This document shows, one piece after another, positions 20,553 to 33,375 of a stretch of DNA of 64,000 nucleotides. The notes under the pieces are model-generated. The model was given only the letters and a program-made list of their open reading frames with translations. It did no database searches and had not been told where the DNA came from. Source of the stretch: an uncultured Christensenella sp. (GTDB lineage: Bacteria > Bacillota > Clostridia > Christensenellales > DTU072). The first letter of the stretch is position 1. Each line of letters opens with the position of its first letter. The DNA lies in contig CAZUJW010000002.1 in the NCBI GenBank assembly GCA_964620655.1, forward strand, positions 4,144-68,143, written 5' to 3'. The translations under genes were made by a program, and so were the position numbers.

Positions 20553-23249
20553 TTAAAGCGTTATCCACATTGCGGGAACTACGCCTATGGTCGTCAGCTG
20601 CGTGATATCTCCATACTGGTCGTTGCCGTCGCGGTCTATCGTGCGCGCGCCCGGAGCGACTTTGCTGTTGACGGGAGAACGCAACCACCACCAACACGGG
20701 TCGGTAGCCATACTGCCGCCTTTTGCGCCCTGACATCTTGCGTAATCGGTGCGCGACATAATTCTGTCTACGCTCTTTTCAAAATATTGATTAGCTTCGG
20801 CGTAATTTAACAGGAACACTTTATCGTTGGTGTCTTCGCAAACGAAATCGCTACTCGTGTACCCCGTGCCTTCTACTCCGTTATCGACGAGCGTAGTTAC
20901 TATCGTCGCTTTTTCCTTAACGTTAAACGCAGTATTATAGAAAGTTTCGTTTAACCACTTTCTTATGGAACTTTTAGCGTAGTTATTACCCGAATTTCCG
21001 TCAGAGTAATCGAACTGTTGACTGTCTAACGCTAAATCGGCAAGAATAAACGCTTTTCCGTTTTCTTCTTTAAGAACTCTCCATTTTACGGGTTCGTACT
21101 TGAACCAATACACGGTGTTTATATAATAGTAATTTATATCCTGAACGCGGTTACCCGTAGTGTCGCCGTCGGTTTCGCCGTATATAGGACGATACCTTAC
21201 GAAGTATACGCCGCGGTACTTTTCGCCGTTAAGTTCCTTGTCTATATACCACATAAAATTCGTGACGACTTTGTTTATATAATATCCGTAAGAAGTCCAT
21301 CCCTGCGAATTGTCTTCGGTCGGAAGAGTTCCCGCCATTGCGTTAAGCGCGTCTTTTATAGTATCGTCCGTTACTTCCGACTGCGGATAACTTCCGAAAT
21401 AGATTACGTTGTCGTTGCGGGAATAAGAAGGCTTTTCTTTTCCGCACGCGGTACATTTGCCGTCGTTACCGTAGTTATGCTGCGTCTTTGAATTTTCCAC
21501 TTCTCTGTACCCTACTTTACCGCACACGGTACAAGTACTCTTTTCGGTTGCGTTCTTGGTACAAGTAGCTTCTTCGTACGCTTCCCAAATAACGTAAACG
21601 TGGTCATCGGTCTTCGTATCGGGCACGGATATATTCTCTTCATGTCCGCACACGCTGCAATGGAAAAGGTCTACTCTGTCTTCCTTACAGGTCGCTTCCT
21701 GTACCGTGCATACCGATACGTAATTATGGTTACCCGTCGCAGTATTCGCCACCGTTCTTTCTTCTCTGTGTCCGCATACGTCGCAAAGGCTGTATTCGGT
21801 TCTGTCCGCTCCGCAGGTAGCTTCCGTGTCAGTATACCACGTCGTATAAGTGTGAACTTCACAGTCTTCCGCTATTCTTACCGTCATAGCGGGGCGTACG
21901 CCGTAATATGCGTTGACGTAGGAATTGTAACTCGTCGCTCCGTGACTCGCCACGAAACACGAGCCGCCGTTTACCCAATACGACGGGCTACGCGACCACC
22001 ACGGACTTCCGCCCTGATACTCGTTAATTCCGAGAACTTTCGCGTAATCGGTACCGAGCGACTTTCTCGCTTCGTTGTCGGCAAAGAATTCCGTAATATC
22101 CTTATACGACAACAAATATACGTTATCGTTAGTGTCGGCGTAAGCTAAATCGTGCATTTGCTCCGCCGTATGCCAACTGTTATCAACCGCGGTAACCTGA
22201 ACTATCGAACGCTGTAAAGCGTTAAAGGCGGTTTCGTAAAAGTCGCCGTTAAGGAACGCTCTTACGTAGCTTTCGGCGTAGTCGTTGGCGTAGACTATCT
22301 TTCCGTCCCTGTCCTGCAAATTCTGATAAGATGTCTTGTAGAAACAACCCACGTCAAGCACGCTTTCCGCTACGATAGTGCTTAAACCCGCTTCGGTTTT
22401 TACTATTTTCCACTTAATCGGCTCGTATTTGAACCAATATACGGTTTCTATGCGGTAACCGTTTTCGTACTGACGGGAATTTTCTCCGTTAGCGTCGGGC
22501 GAGTAGTCGGCGTAAACGTATCTGTACAAAGTAAAATATACCGCTCTGTACTTCGCTCCGACGTATTCGACGTCCTGATACCACGTAAAGTAGTTTTCGA
22601 CTATGGAGTTATAAGTTTCTCCGCCGACGTAAAAATCGTACAAAGTCCAACCGTTCGAGTCGTTTTCCGTCGGTACGGTAACGTAACCCGAAAGGTCTTC
22701 CAACAAACTTTCGTCGGTAACTCTGCTTTGCGGATAGCTTCCGAAATAAAGAACGTCGCCGTCTTTCATAAATACTTCGCTTTCGGCGTCGTATTGCTTG
22801 TTTGCTCCGCAGACGGTACATACGTTTCCGTCGTTATATTCGTGTCTGCCCGTGGCGGTGTGAGCTACTTTTTGCGTTTCTTCGTATCCGCATGCGGTAC
22901 ATTTTCTGCTATCCGTCCTGTCTTCTCCGCAGGTCGCCGCAATTTTTACCGTCCACGCTCCGAACGTATGCCCTGCCGAGCCGCTGACCGCGCGTTGTTC
23001 CGTGTCGCCGCACTTTGAGCAAATACGTATTTCCACTCTGTCCGCTGTGCAGGTAGCGGGAGTCTTTACTCTCCACTCTCCGTACGAGTGAACGCATTTC
23101 GTATCTTTCGGCGGAGTGGTCGTTCCGCCCGTGTTGCCCGTGTCGTCGCCCGACGGAAGATTATCGTCGGTTTCTCCGCACGCAACCAAACATAACGCCA
23201 TAACGGCTACGAGCAAAATAACCACCGCAAAATAAAATTTACGTTTCAT
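20553..23249 (-). CDS. Large lipoprotein with two tandem modules, each made of Cys/His-rich ~35-aa repeats followed by a DUF6273-like domain
   Basis: Lipobox LVAC. Repeated H-x(2)-W...ATC...D(R)...C-x(2)-CG units. Two copies of the block YFGSYPQS...YWFKYEP(I/V)KW...WW(S/L)RSP...RPAM. AAGGAG RBS. Confidence 0.7.
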   Translation of the reverse strand: MKRKFYFAVVILLVAVMALCLVACGETDDNLPSGDDTGNTGGTTTPPKDTKCVHSYGEWRVKTPATCTADRVEIRICSKCGDTEQRAVSGSAGHTFGAWTVKIAATCGEDRTDSRKCTACGYEETQKVAHTATGRHEYNDGNVCTVCGANKQYDAESEVFMKDGDVLYFGSYPQSRVTDESLLEDLSGYVTVPTENDSNGWTLYDFYVGGETYNSIVENYFTWYQDVEYVGAKYRAVYFTLYRYVYADYSPDANGENSRQYENGYRIETVYWFKYEPIKWKIVKTEAGLSTIVAESVLDVGCFYKTSYQNLQDRDGKIVYANDYAESYVRAFLNGDFYETAFNALQRSIVQVTAVDNSWHTAEQMHDLAYADTNDNVYLLSYKDITEFFADNEARKSLGTDYAKVLGINEYQGGSPWWSRSPSYWVNGGSCFVASHGATSYNSYVNAYYGVRPAMTVRIAEDCEVHTYTTWYTDTEATCGADRTEYSLCDVCGHREERTVANTATGNHNYVSVCTVQEATCKEDRVDLFHCSVCGHEENISVPDTKTDDHVYVIWEAYEEATCTKNATEKSTCTVCGKVGYREVENSKTQHNYGNDGKCTACGKEKPSYSRNDNVIYFGSYPQSEVTDDTIKDALNAMAGTLPTEDNSQGWTSYGYYINKVVTNFMWYIDKELNGEKYRGVYFVRYRPIYGETDGDTTGNRVQDINYYYINTVYWFKYEPVKWRVLKEENGKAFILADLALDSQQFDYSDGNSGNNYAKSSIRKWLNETFYNTAFNVKEKATIVTTLVDNGVEGTGYTSSDFVCEDTNDKVFLLNYAEANQYFEKSVDRIMSRTDYARCQGAKGGSMATDPCWWWLRSPVNSKVAPGARTIDRDGNDQYGDITQLTTIGVVPAMWITL

Positions 23250-23364
23250 TTCGTTCTCCTTTTTCGATTACTTAAATAACGGCTTATAACATATAAAACC
23301 GTCCGCAAAATTTCGTAATTCTACTTAATAATTTTATTACAACAGACTTTTTATTGTCAATGCG

Positions 23365-23410
23365 TTTCACAAAAAAAGGAGTGGTACAGGTGCGTTGATT
23401 TTTTGTGAAA
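23365..23410. repeat. 12-bp perfect inverted repeat TTTCACAAAAAA / TTTTTTGTGAAA (22-nt spacer)
   Basis: Read directly from the sequence. It lies 5 bp from a TTGACA box (minus strand, 23360-23355) upstream of the 898-aa lipoprotein gene. Confidence 0.6.
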
Positions 23411-23422
23411 ACAAGACGTAGG

Positions 23423-23447
23423 CGTACTAAGTACGGTAGGTGAAGTT
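23423..23447 (+). repeat. Solo 'mini-hairpin + GGTGAAGTT' unit (same family as the 36.2-kb array)
   Basis: CGTAC-taa-GTACG hairpin (23423-23435) followed by gta and then GGTGAAGTT (23439-23447). Confidence 0.5.
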
Positions 23448-23574
23448 TTCGCAAAAGCAGCAAAAAACTATAATTTATATCCGCTTTTTTGTAGTTGTTT
23501 TACCATATACAGCTTGTGCGACCTTACTTTTCCCCCGTTTTTTGTTGCGTAAAGCAATGTGCATGGGACGCTCC

Positions 23575-23607
23575 GTAAAAAACCGCCCGATTTAGGGCGG
23601 CTTTTTT
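23575..23607. terminator. Bidirectional terminator after V-ATPase subunit D
   Basis: GC stem CCGCCC/GGGCGG with loop GATTTA, flanked by an A-run (23575-23582) and a T-run (23602-23607). Confidence 0.75.
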
Positions 23608-23608
23608 A

Positions 23609-24238
23609 TTATCTTTCTTCGAGCATCGTTTTTACTTTCATAAGCCTTATCGTATTGCTTCGCTCGTTCTCGTCGAGTTTCATCGTAATATACTTAATGG
23701 TTTCTTCGAGTTGCGGTATCATAACGTATTCGAGAGCGTTTACTCTTCGTCTGTTCTTTTCTATTTCGTCGGCGAGCATATTGCAGGTTTTTTCAACTTC
23801 GGCGAGTTTAACCATTTTTTCGAGCAGTTCGCTAAGATTTGCGATACTTCCGTCAAGTTCCGACGATACCGACGCGAAAGAATAGGGATACAGTTCTTTT
23901 TTATCCCCCGCCTTGACCGCAATCTGCGGCACGGTAACTCCCATAACGTTTTTTTCCGCGGTGGTAAGCTCCACGCCGAAAGCGGGCATCGCTACGGCTT
24001 CTTCGAGTACCTGCGACGTCGTTACGGCGCTTGCGAGCATAAAGGAGCGGAGAGATAACGATAGTTCCGTTTCTATCTCTTCTCTGAGGCGTTTGTTTTC
24101 CTTGACGTACGCCATAAACTGCCTTATGGTTTCGTCCGCCTTGTCTTTAAGAAGTTTGTGTCCCCTGACCGCCGTCTTTAACCGCGTCTTTAACCGACGA
24201 AGTTCCATTCGGGTCGGGTTTACGTTAAGTCTTGCCAT
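23609..24238 (-). CDS. ntpD: V/A-type ATPase subunit D
   Basis: 209 aa. N-terminus MARLNVNPTRMELRRLK is typical of subunit D. Last gene of the operon. Confidence 0.85.
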   Translation of the reverse strand: MARLNVNPTRMELRRLKTRLKTAVRGHKLLKDKADETIRQFMAYVKENKRLREEIETELSLSLRSFMLASAVTTSQVLEEAVAMPAFGVELTTAEKNVMGVTVPQIAVKAGDKKELYPYSFASVSSELDGSIANLSELLEKMVKLAEVEKTCNMLADEIEKNRRRVNALEYVMIPQLEETIKYITMKLDENERSNTIRLMKVKTMLEER

Positions 24239-24250
24239 TATTTTCTCCGA

Positions 24251-25624
24251 TTACTTCTTGTCGTAATATTCTTCGAGATAAGCGTCTCTTATACGTTTCA
24301 GTTCTCCCCTTGGGAGAAGCCTTAACAAGTCCCACCCTAAGTCGAGAGTTTCTTCTATCGTTCTGTTGCAGTCGAAACCCTGATTTACGTAGCGTTTTTC
24401 AAACTCTTCGGCAAAATGAGCGAACTTCCTGTCGGTTTCGGTAAGAGCCGCTTCGCCTAATATTGCGGAAAGCTCTTTCGCTTCCTTGCCGCGGGCGTAC
24501 GCGCTGAAAAGTTGGTTCATAGTGTCGGCGTGGTCTTTTCTCGTCTTGCCTGCTCCGATACCTTTATCTTTAAGACGGGACAGCGACGGCAACACGTCGA
24601 TAGGCGGGTTTATGCCCCTTTTATTTAATTCACGGTTAAGAATAATCTGTCCTTCGGTGATGTAACCCGTAAGGTCGGGAATAGGATGGGTCTTGTCGTC
24701 TTCGGGCATGGTAAGGATAGGTATCTGCGTGATACTGCCCTTTTTGCCCCTTATTCTGCCCGCTCTTTCGTAAATGGTGGCAAGGTTGGTGTACAGATAC
24801 CCTGGGTATCCGCGTCTTCCCGGAACTTCTTTTCTTGCCGCGCTTACTTCTCTTAACGCTTCGCAATAGTTTGTTATATCGGTCATTATTACGAGAACGT
24901 GCATATCCTTTTCAAACGCGAGATACTCGGCAGCTGTAAGAGCCATACGGGGAGTAGCGATACGTTCTATCGCGGGGTCGTTAGCCAGGTTCATAAAAAG
25001 AACCGTCCTGTCGATAGCTCCCGTCTTACGAAAGTCGGATATAAAGTAATCGGCTTCTTCGAAGGTGATACCGATAGCGGCGAACACTACGGCAAACTTA
25101 CTGTCGCTGTTAAGAACTTTCGCCTGTCTTGCTATCTGAGCGGCGAGTTCCGCGTGGGGAAGACCCGACGCGCTGAACACTGGGAGTTTCTGCCCCCTGA
25201 CGAGAGTGTTAAGTCCGTCGATAGCCGATATTCCCGTCTGAATAAATTCGTCGGGGTAGTTACGGGCGACGGGGTTAATCGGTTGTCCGTTAATGTCTAT
25301 TCTCTTATCGGGGATAATGGGCGCGCCGTTATCTCTCGGTCTGCCCATACCGTCGAATACTCTTCCGAGCATATCTTCGCTTACGCCGAGTTCTATACTC
25401 TTACCCAAAAATCTCGCTTTCGCGGTGGAAATTTTCAGTCCCGAAGAACCTTCAAAGAGCTGTACGAGCGCCTTGTCGCCGTTTACTTCGAGAACTTTTC
25501 CGTTTCTCTTTTCTCCGTCTTCCTGTTCTATTTCGACGAGTTCGTCGTACTTCGCTCCTTCCACTCCTTCGACGAGCATAAGCGGTCCGACTACTTCTTT
25601 TATGGTCTTATATTCCTTTAACAT
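24251..25624 (-). CDS. ntpB: V/A-type ATPase subunit B
   Basis: 457 aa non-catalytic subunit with strong family resemblance ([23 protein letters not shown]). Confidence 0.95.
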   Translation of the reverse strand: MLKEYKTIKEVVGPLMLVEGVEGAKYDELVEIEQEDGEKRNGKVLEVNGDKALVQLFEGSSGLKISTAKARFLGKSIELGVSEDMLGRVFDGMGRPRDNGAPIIPDKRIDINGQPINPVARNYPDEFIQTGISAIDGLNTLVRGQKLPVFSASGLPHAELAAQIARQAKVLNSDSKFAVVFAAIGITFEEADYFISDFRKTGAIDRTVLFMNLANDPAIERIATPRMALTAAEYLAFEKDMHVLVIMTDITNYCEALREVSAARKEVPGRRGYPGYLYTNLATIYERAGRIRGKKGSITQIPILTMPEDDKTHPIPDLTGYITEGQIILNRELNKRGINPPIDVLPSLSRLKDKGIGAGKTRKDHADTMNQLFSAYARGKEAKELSAILGEAALTETDRKFAHFAEEFEKRYVNQGFDCNRTIEETLDLGWDLLRLLPRGELKRIRDAYLEEYYDKK

Positions 25625-25634
25625 TCCGTATCTC

Positions 25635-27386
25635 CTATCCTATCAGTTCCTGTATTTCGGATTTTAATTCTTTTTCTATTTCGTCGAAACGAGCCAAATC
25701 GCTTTCTTCTATATATTTGGCTCTGCCTATCTTTTCTCTTACGGGGATTTCGATAAGGTCTTCTATATCCACGTTTTTAAGTAAGGCTTCTTGTCCCGAC
25801 TCGTAGAAGTTTATTATAAGACGCAACATCCTTAACTGCTTTTCGAGCGAAGCGTAAGTGTCCACTTCGTGGAAAGCGTTCTGATGAAGATAGTCTTCTC
25901 TTATAGTCTTTGCGGTTTCCATAGTAAGTCTGTCTTTCGCGCCGAGAGCGTCCATACCGACGAGCCTTACTATTTCGTCCAAAGACGCTTCTTCCTGCAA
26001 CACGGTCATAGCCTTGCCGCGTAAAACGTTCCATTCGCTTCCTATATTGTCGTTGTACCACGGAGCCAATCTGTCGGCGTACAGGGAATAACTCTGCAAC
26101 CAGTCGATAGCGGGGAAGTGACGCTTATACGCAAGCGATGCGCTCAAGCCCCAGAATACCTTTACTATACGCAAGGTAGCCTGACTTACCGGTTCGGAAA
26201 GGTCGCCGCCGGGAGGGCTTACCGCTCCGATTGCCGTGACGCTACCCGTCTTACCTTTGCTTCCGAGCACCTTAACTATACCCGCTCTTTCGTAAAACTC
26301 CGCAAGTCGGCTCGACAGATACGCGGGATACCCTTCTTCACCGGGCATTTCTTCGAGTCGTCCGCTCATTTCGCGCAACGCTTCCGCCCAACGGGAAGTG
26401 GAGTCCGCCATTATGGCTACGTTATATCCCATATCCCTGAAATATTCCGCTATCGTTATACCCGTGTATATGCTCGCTTCACGCGCCGCAACGGGCATAT
26501 CGGAAGTGTTCGCGATAAGGACGGTTCTTTTCATAAGGGGTTCTCCCGTCTTCGGGTCGATAAGTTCGGGGAATTCGTTAAGAACGTCGGTCATCTCGTT
26601 GCCTCTTTCGCCGCAACCGACGTAAATAATAATATCCGCGTCCGCCCATTTAGCAAGCTGATGCTGAACTACCGTCTTGCCGCTGCCGAACGGTCCGGGA
26701 ACAGCCGCCACGCCGCCTTTCGTAATCGGGAAAAAGGTGTCTATTACTCTCTGTCCCGTGACCATAGGCATATTCGGAGAAAGTTTTTCTCTGTACGGTC
26801 TGCCTTTACGGACGGAACATTTCTGTACCATCGTTAAGTTATGCTTTGTTCCGTTATCGTCCAACGTAGCTATTACGTCGTCCAACGTAAATTCGCCGTC
26901 TTCCACGCTTTCCACCACGCCTTTTTTGCCGAACGGAACCATTATGCTGTGACGGATAAGTTCGTTTTCCATAACGTAACCTATTTCGTCGCCGGGGATA
27001 AGGGTATCGCCTACTTTCGCCGTGGGGTAAAAACGCCATACTTTGTTGTGGTCGAGAGCGTTTACTTCAACGCCGCGTCCTATACGGTCGCCGCTCTTTT
27101 CCCAAAGTTTGTTGAGCGGTCTTTGGATACCGTCGAATATCGATTCGATAAGTCCCGGCCCCAACTCTACGCTAAGGGGCATTTCGGTGGAAAAAACTTC
27201 GTCTCCCGGTCCTATACCGCCCGTTTCTTCATAGACCTGTATGGAAGCCTTGTCGCCCCTTAATTCTATGATTTCGCCGATAAGGTGCGAAGAAGATACC
27301 TTGACCACGTCGAATAGCTTAGCTTCGGACATTCCTCCGGCTACTATAAGCGGTCCGCTTACCTTGATTACTTTTCCCTTTTCCAT
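25635..27386 (-). CDS. ntpA: V/A-type ATPase catalytic subunit A
   Basis: Walker [10 protein letters not shown]. 583 aa with the non-homologous insert typical of A subunits. Confidence 0.95.
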   Translation of the reverse strand: MEKGKVIKVSGPLIVAGGMSEAKLFDVVKVSSSHLIGEIIELRGDKASIQVYEETGGIGPGDEVFSTEMPLSVELGPGLIESIFDGIQRPLNKLWEKSGDRIGRGVEVNALDHNKVWRFYPTAKVGDTLIPGDEIGYVMENELIRHSIMVPFGKKGVVESVEDGEFTLDDVIATLDDNGTKHNLTMVQKCSVRKGRPYREKLSPNMPMVTGQRVIDTFFPITKGGVAAVPGPFGSGKTVVQHQLAKWADADIIIYVGCGERGNEMTDVLNEFPELIDPKTGEPLMKRTVLIANTSDMPVAAREASIYTGITIAEYFRDMGYNVAIMADSTSRWAEALREMSGRLEEMPGEEGYPAYLSSRLAEFYERAGIVKVLGSKGKTGSVTAIGAVSPPGGDLSEPVSQATLRIVKVFWGLSASLAYKRHFPAIDWLQSYSLYADRLAPWYNDNIGSEWNVLRGKAMTVLQEEASLDEIVRLVGMDALGAKDRLTMETAKTIREDYLHQNAFHEVDTYASLEKQLRMLRLIINFYESGQEALLKNVDIEDLIEIPVREKIGRAKYIEESDLARFDEIEKELKSEIQELIG

Positions 27387-27407
27387 CTATTTCTCCTTTA
27401 AGAAAAA

Positions 27408-27728
27408 CTATTTATCGCTTAAAATATCCGTTCCTATCGCCTTTTCCACGTCGTCGGATATACCTTTCATTCCGAGTCCCGTACTGCCCTGCGCTCCCGG
27501 TATGGGAATAACGGCGGGATAGGGGCGTGTCTTGTATCTTTTTAACACGTCGGGGATTTTTTCCGCAATATCTTCCGTAATAAAAATCACGGCGTAAGTT
27601 CGGGCGAGTTTCTTCAACGTGTCGGCGGAATCGAATTCGTTCCTGACGGGATAAACGTCGACACCCACCGCCTTGAACGCGAGTATGCTGTCCTTATCGC
27701 CGATTACGGCTATCTTGTCCCTACGCAT
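27408..27728 (-). CDS. ntpG: V/A-type ATPase subunit F (E. hirae NtpG-like)
   Basis: 106 aa. IAVIGDKDSILAFKAVG is typical of subunit F. Positioned between C and A. Confidence 0.75.
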   Translation of the reverse strand: MRRDKIAVIGDKDSILAFKAVGVDVYPVRNEFDSADTLKKLARTYAVIFITEDIAEKIPDVLKRYKTRPYPAVIPIPGAQGSTGLGMKGISDDVEKAIGTDILSDK

Positions 27729-28698
27729 ACAACTCCCTCACTCTCTTTTTCATCTGGTCTTCGGGTACGCCGTTCTTTATGCAAACGAGAACCACCCTTA
27801 TTACCTTAATTTCGTTCAGCTTCGCAAGGTAATAACCTAAAATCGGAGCTACCGAAAACATATCGGTCTTATTTACGGAGAATATCTTCAACAGATACTC
27901 GTCCTGCGCCGTTTCGTAGGCGGCGAAATCGTCGCTTAGTACCTTGTCGGCGAATTCTTTAAGATAACTTCCCGCAAGGTAATTACTTAGTTTATTTTTA
28001 TCTCCCGAAAAACTTAAAAATTCTTTTTCGGAAACTTTACCGCCGTCTATAAAGTTTTCGGTAAAGAAGTTTATTCCCGCGCCTATCTTTTCGACGCGGA
28101 GATAACTTAGTATATTCGTCAAATCGGCGTTCGCCTGAAAATAAAGTTTTATATACTTGTCGGCGTTTTTATCGAGGCGGGAATTTATTTCGTCGTACAT
28201 AGCCTTGTCGAGAGTTACGTCGATAAGTCTCGGAGTGCCGATTCCTGCTTCGAACGCCTTATTTATTTTTTCGCAAGCCTTTTCGGCGAACGGACTGAAA
28301 TCGACTTTGTTTTGGTCGAACCTTTCTTTAAGATACCCGAAAGTGTAGTTGCCGTCGGGTAAAATAAGTCCGTCTATATCTGTAAGATTAGCGTACTTTT
28401 GCTTAAAAAGGACTTTAAGGTTATGATAATCGTTCCTTAAAAAGTAACATTCTATTCCCGAATCCTTAGGGGCGGCTTCTCTGACGAAAGCCGCGGTAAG
28501 GCGTTCTTCTTCGTCGAGCAGGGAATAAAAATCGTCCTTTTCGGGAATGAAGGCTGCGGCGTAGTTTACTTCCAGCAAAACGCGCATAGCGTCGGAAACG
28601 GTTTTCGCTTCCGTCATACGCATAAGTCTTTCCTTAGAAAGTAAATTGCCTTCTTTGCCTTTCGCTCTCGCATTGGCGAATATAAGTCCGTCTTTCAT
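27721..28698 (-). CDS. ntpC: V/A-type ATPase subunit C (V0 d-like)
   Basis: 325 aa helical protein, positioned between E and F as in ntpFIKECGABD. Confidence 0.75.
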   Translation of the reverse strand: MKDGLIFANARAKGKEGNLLSKERLMRMTEAKTVSDAMRVLLEVNYAAAFIPEKDDFYSLLDEEERLTAAFVREAAPKDSGIECYFLRNDYHNLKVLFKQKYANLTDIDGLILPDGNYTFGYLKERFDQNKVDFSPFAEKACEKINKAFEAGIGTPRLIDVTLDKAMYDEINSRLDKNADKYIKLYFQANADLTNILSYLRVEKIGAGINFFTENFIDGGKVSEKEFLSFSGDKNKLSNYLAGSYLKEFADKVLSDDFAAYETAQDEYLLKIFSVNKTDMFSVAPILGYYLAKLNEIKVIRVVLVCIKNGVPEDQMKKRVRELYA

Positions 28699-29274
28699 CT
28701 ATTCTCCGAATAAAATCGCCGCTATTTCGGGTTCGTACTCTTCTCTTACCGATTTAAGCTCCACTTCGAGCGACATGTTTTTGTCGCTGTCATCGCCTAC
28801 TGCTATAATTCCGCCGCAAAAATCGCCGTATCCGCCGAAAAATAACTTCTTATTCAAGTCGTCGGCAACTCCGCTAAGCCACTTCTCTCCGACTAAGTTT
28901 TTATCGCTTTCGGAAAAAATCACTTTATCGCCGTCGGAAGCCTTTTCTATCATTCCCCTGAGTAATTTGAAATAGCTTTTTCCGTTTTCTTTGATAAGTT
29001 TTACCGCTTCGTCGAAAGCCGCCGTCATTACTTCCTGCTTTTTCGCAAGAATATCTTTCTTAACTTCGAGATTGGCTACCGTTATTTTTCTGCGGATAAT
29101 TTCCTTACGTTCTTCGTAAGATTCGCGCATATTCTTTTCGCGATAAATCCGAGCGTCGTTTTCGGCGGTTTCTATCGTTTTTTTACCGACAGTGCCCGCT
29201 TCTTCCAAAGTGGAATTGGCTATTCCTCTCGCGTCGGAAAGTATTTTTTCTATAATAGCTTCTTTTCCGTTCAT
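28699..29274 (-). CDS. ntpE: V/A-type ATPase subunit E
   Basis: 191 aa with a long charged N-terminal helix. Positioned after K. Confidence 0.75.
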   Translation of the reverse strand: MNGKEAIIEKILSDARGIANSTLEEAGTVGKKTIETAENDARIYREKNMRESYEERKEIIRRKITVANLEVKKDILAKKQEVMTAAFDEAVKLIKENGKSYFKLLRGMIEKASDGDKVIFSESDKNLVGEKWLSGVADDLNKKLFFGGYGDFCGGIIAVGDDSDKNMSLEVELKSVREEYEPEIAAILFGE

Positions 29275-29293
29275 ACCGTTCCTCGGTTATTTT

Positions 29294-31788
<2,495 letters not shown>

Positions 31789-31802
<14 letters not shown>

Positions 31803-32109
31803 AGCTACTAAAAACCTTTTCTCTTATGAAATCGGCAGCCGAATATACGTCGGCTTCCTTTGCCAATTTTTCCGTAACCTGTTTCCCGGCAAGGAGAATC
31901 TTAGCGTACTCTTCGTCGCCTTCCTTTTCGGCGGCTTCCGCAACCGACTTACGTTCTTCCTTAACGTTCTTTACCGTGTCTTTACGCAGTTTTTCCGCAT
32001 AAACGTCGGCGTCTTCCACTATCTTTTTAGCATCTTCCGACGCTTGCGACGTGATAATTCTCGCTTCTTCTTCCGCCTTCAATACGGCGTTTACGGTTTC
32101 GGTAATCAT
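31789..32109 (-). CDS. ntpF: V/A-type ATPase subunit G/H-like (E. hirae NtpF-like)
   Basis: 106-aa charged helical protein and first gene of the operon. AAGGAGG RBS. Overlaps the ntpI start. Confidence 0.6.
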
Positions 32110-32171
32110 CGGTCCTCCTTGTCTTTATAATTTTATAGGAGAGGCTCTGGTATGTTGGTTGGTTTTTTTCG

Positions 32172-32798
32172 TTATTTCGTACCGAACAATCTGTCGCCTG
32201 CGTCTCCGAGCCCGGGGATGATGTAGGCGTGGTCGTTTAGTTTTTCGTCGAGTGCCGCAGTATAGATAGGCACGTCGGGGTGAGCCTTGTTAAGAGCGGC
32301 TACTCCTTCGGGAGCTGCGATAAGGCACATAAACTTAATGTCGGCGACTCCTCTTTGTTTGATAAAGTCAATAGCCATGGACGCGCTTCCGCCGGTAGCG
32401 AGCATCGGGTCTACTACGATGACCGTTCTTTGGTCGACGTCTATGGGGAGCTTGCAGTAGTATTCCACCGGCAACTTGGTATCGGGGTCGCGATAACAGC
32501 CGATATGCCCTATTTTAGCCGCGGGGACGAGTTCCAACACGCCGTCCACCATTCCGAGACCCGCTCTTAAAATGGGTACTATTCCTATGCTTCTTCCTCC
32601 GAGCATCTTACCGGTACATTTGGTGATGGGAGTTTCTATCTCTACGTCCTTCAAGGGAAGGTCGCGAGTGACTTCGTACGCCATAAGTAAAGATATTTCT
32701 TTCAGCAACTGGCGAAAATCCTTAGACGTGGTATGAATGTCTCTCATCATGGATACTTTGTGGGTTATTAACGGATGGTTAATAATGTTAACTTGCAT
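32172..32798 (-). CDS. upp: Uracil phosphoribosyltransferase
   Basis: 208 aa. PRPP-binding motif [13 protein letters not shown] and C-terminal [16 protein letters not shown]. Confidence 0.95.
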   Translation of the reverse strand: MQVNIINHPLITHKVSMMRDIHTTSKDFRQLLKEISLLMAYEVTRDLPLKDVEIETPITKCTGKMLGGRSIGIVPILRAGLGMVDGVLELVPAAKIGHIGCYRDPDTKLPVEYYCKLPIDVDQRTVIVVDPMLATGGSASMAIDFIKQRGVADIKFMCLIAAPEGVAALNKAHPDVPIYTAALDEKLNDHAYIIPGLGDAGDRLFGTK

Positions 32799-32828
32799 TT
32801 TATTTTACTCCTTTTGTTTAATTTACTC

Positions 32829-33275
32829 TTAATAATTCCCTTCTTCTATAGCGGTGATTTTATCCACGCGTTTTGCGTGTCTCCCTCCCGCAAACTTCGC
32901 GTTAAGGTACGCCGTCACCATTTCGTAAGCTTCTTCGGGAGAAGATATTCTTCCCCCCATGGATATAACGTTGGCGTTATTGTGTTCGGCAGCCATCTGC
33001 GCGCAGAAAGCGTTCGTCACGTGGGCGCAACGGATACCTTTTACTTTATTGGCGGCAATGGATATACCTATACCCGTTCCGCATAATAAAATACCCTTAT
33101 CGGCTTCTCCGCTTTTAACTGCAAGAGCTACCTTAAGGGCATAGTCGGGATAATCTACCGATTCGGGACCGTACGTCCCCAAATCGATTACTTTCGCGCC
33201 GTAATCTCTGACGGCTCTTATACACGCTTCTTTCAATACGATTCCGCCGTGGTCGCAACCTATGGCTATAATCAT
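32829..33275 (-). CDS. rpiB: Ribose-5-phosphate isomerase B
   Basis: MIIAIGCDHGG N-terminus and the GTGIGISIAANK motif. GGAGG RBS precedes the internal ATG at 33275. Confidence 0.9.
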   Translation of the reverse strand: MIIAIGCDHGGIVLKEACIRAVRDYGAKVIDLGTYGPESVDYPDYALKVALAVKSGEADKGILLCGTGIGISIAANKVKGIRCAHVTNAFCAQMAAEHNNANVISMGGRISSPEEAYEMVTAYLNAKFAGGRHAKRVDKITAIEEGNY

Positions 33276-33375
33276 TTTCGCCTCCGTGGTACGATTTTTT
33301 ATTTTTTCCATTTTATCACATCCCGATTTTCTTTACAAGCAAAGTAATCGACATACGGAATTTTAATTTTTTTAT

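Noticed and set aside
20561-20569. Perfect DnaA box TTATCCACA
   Set aside because: It is a single copy inside the 3' end of a coding sequence. There is no cluster of boxes, no AT-rich unwinding element and no dnaA/dnaN nearby, so this is not an origin.
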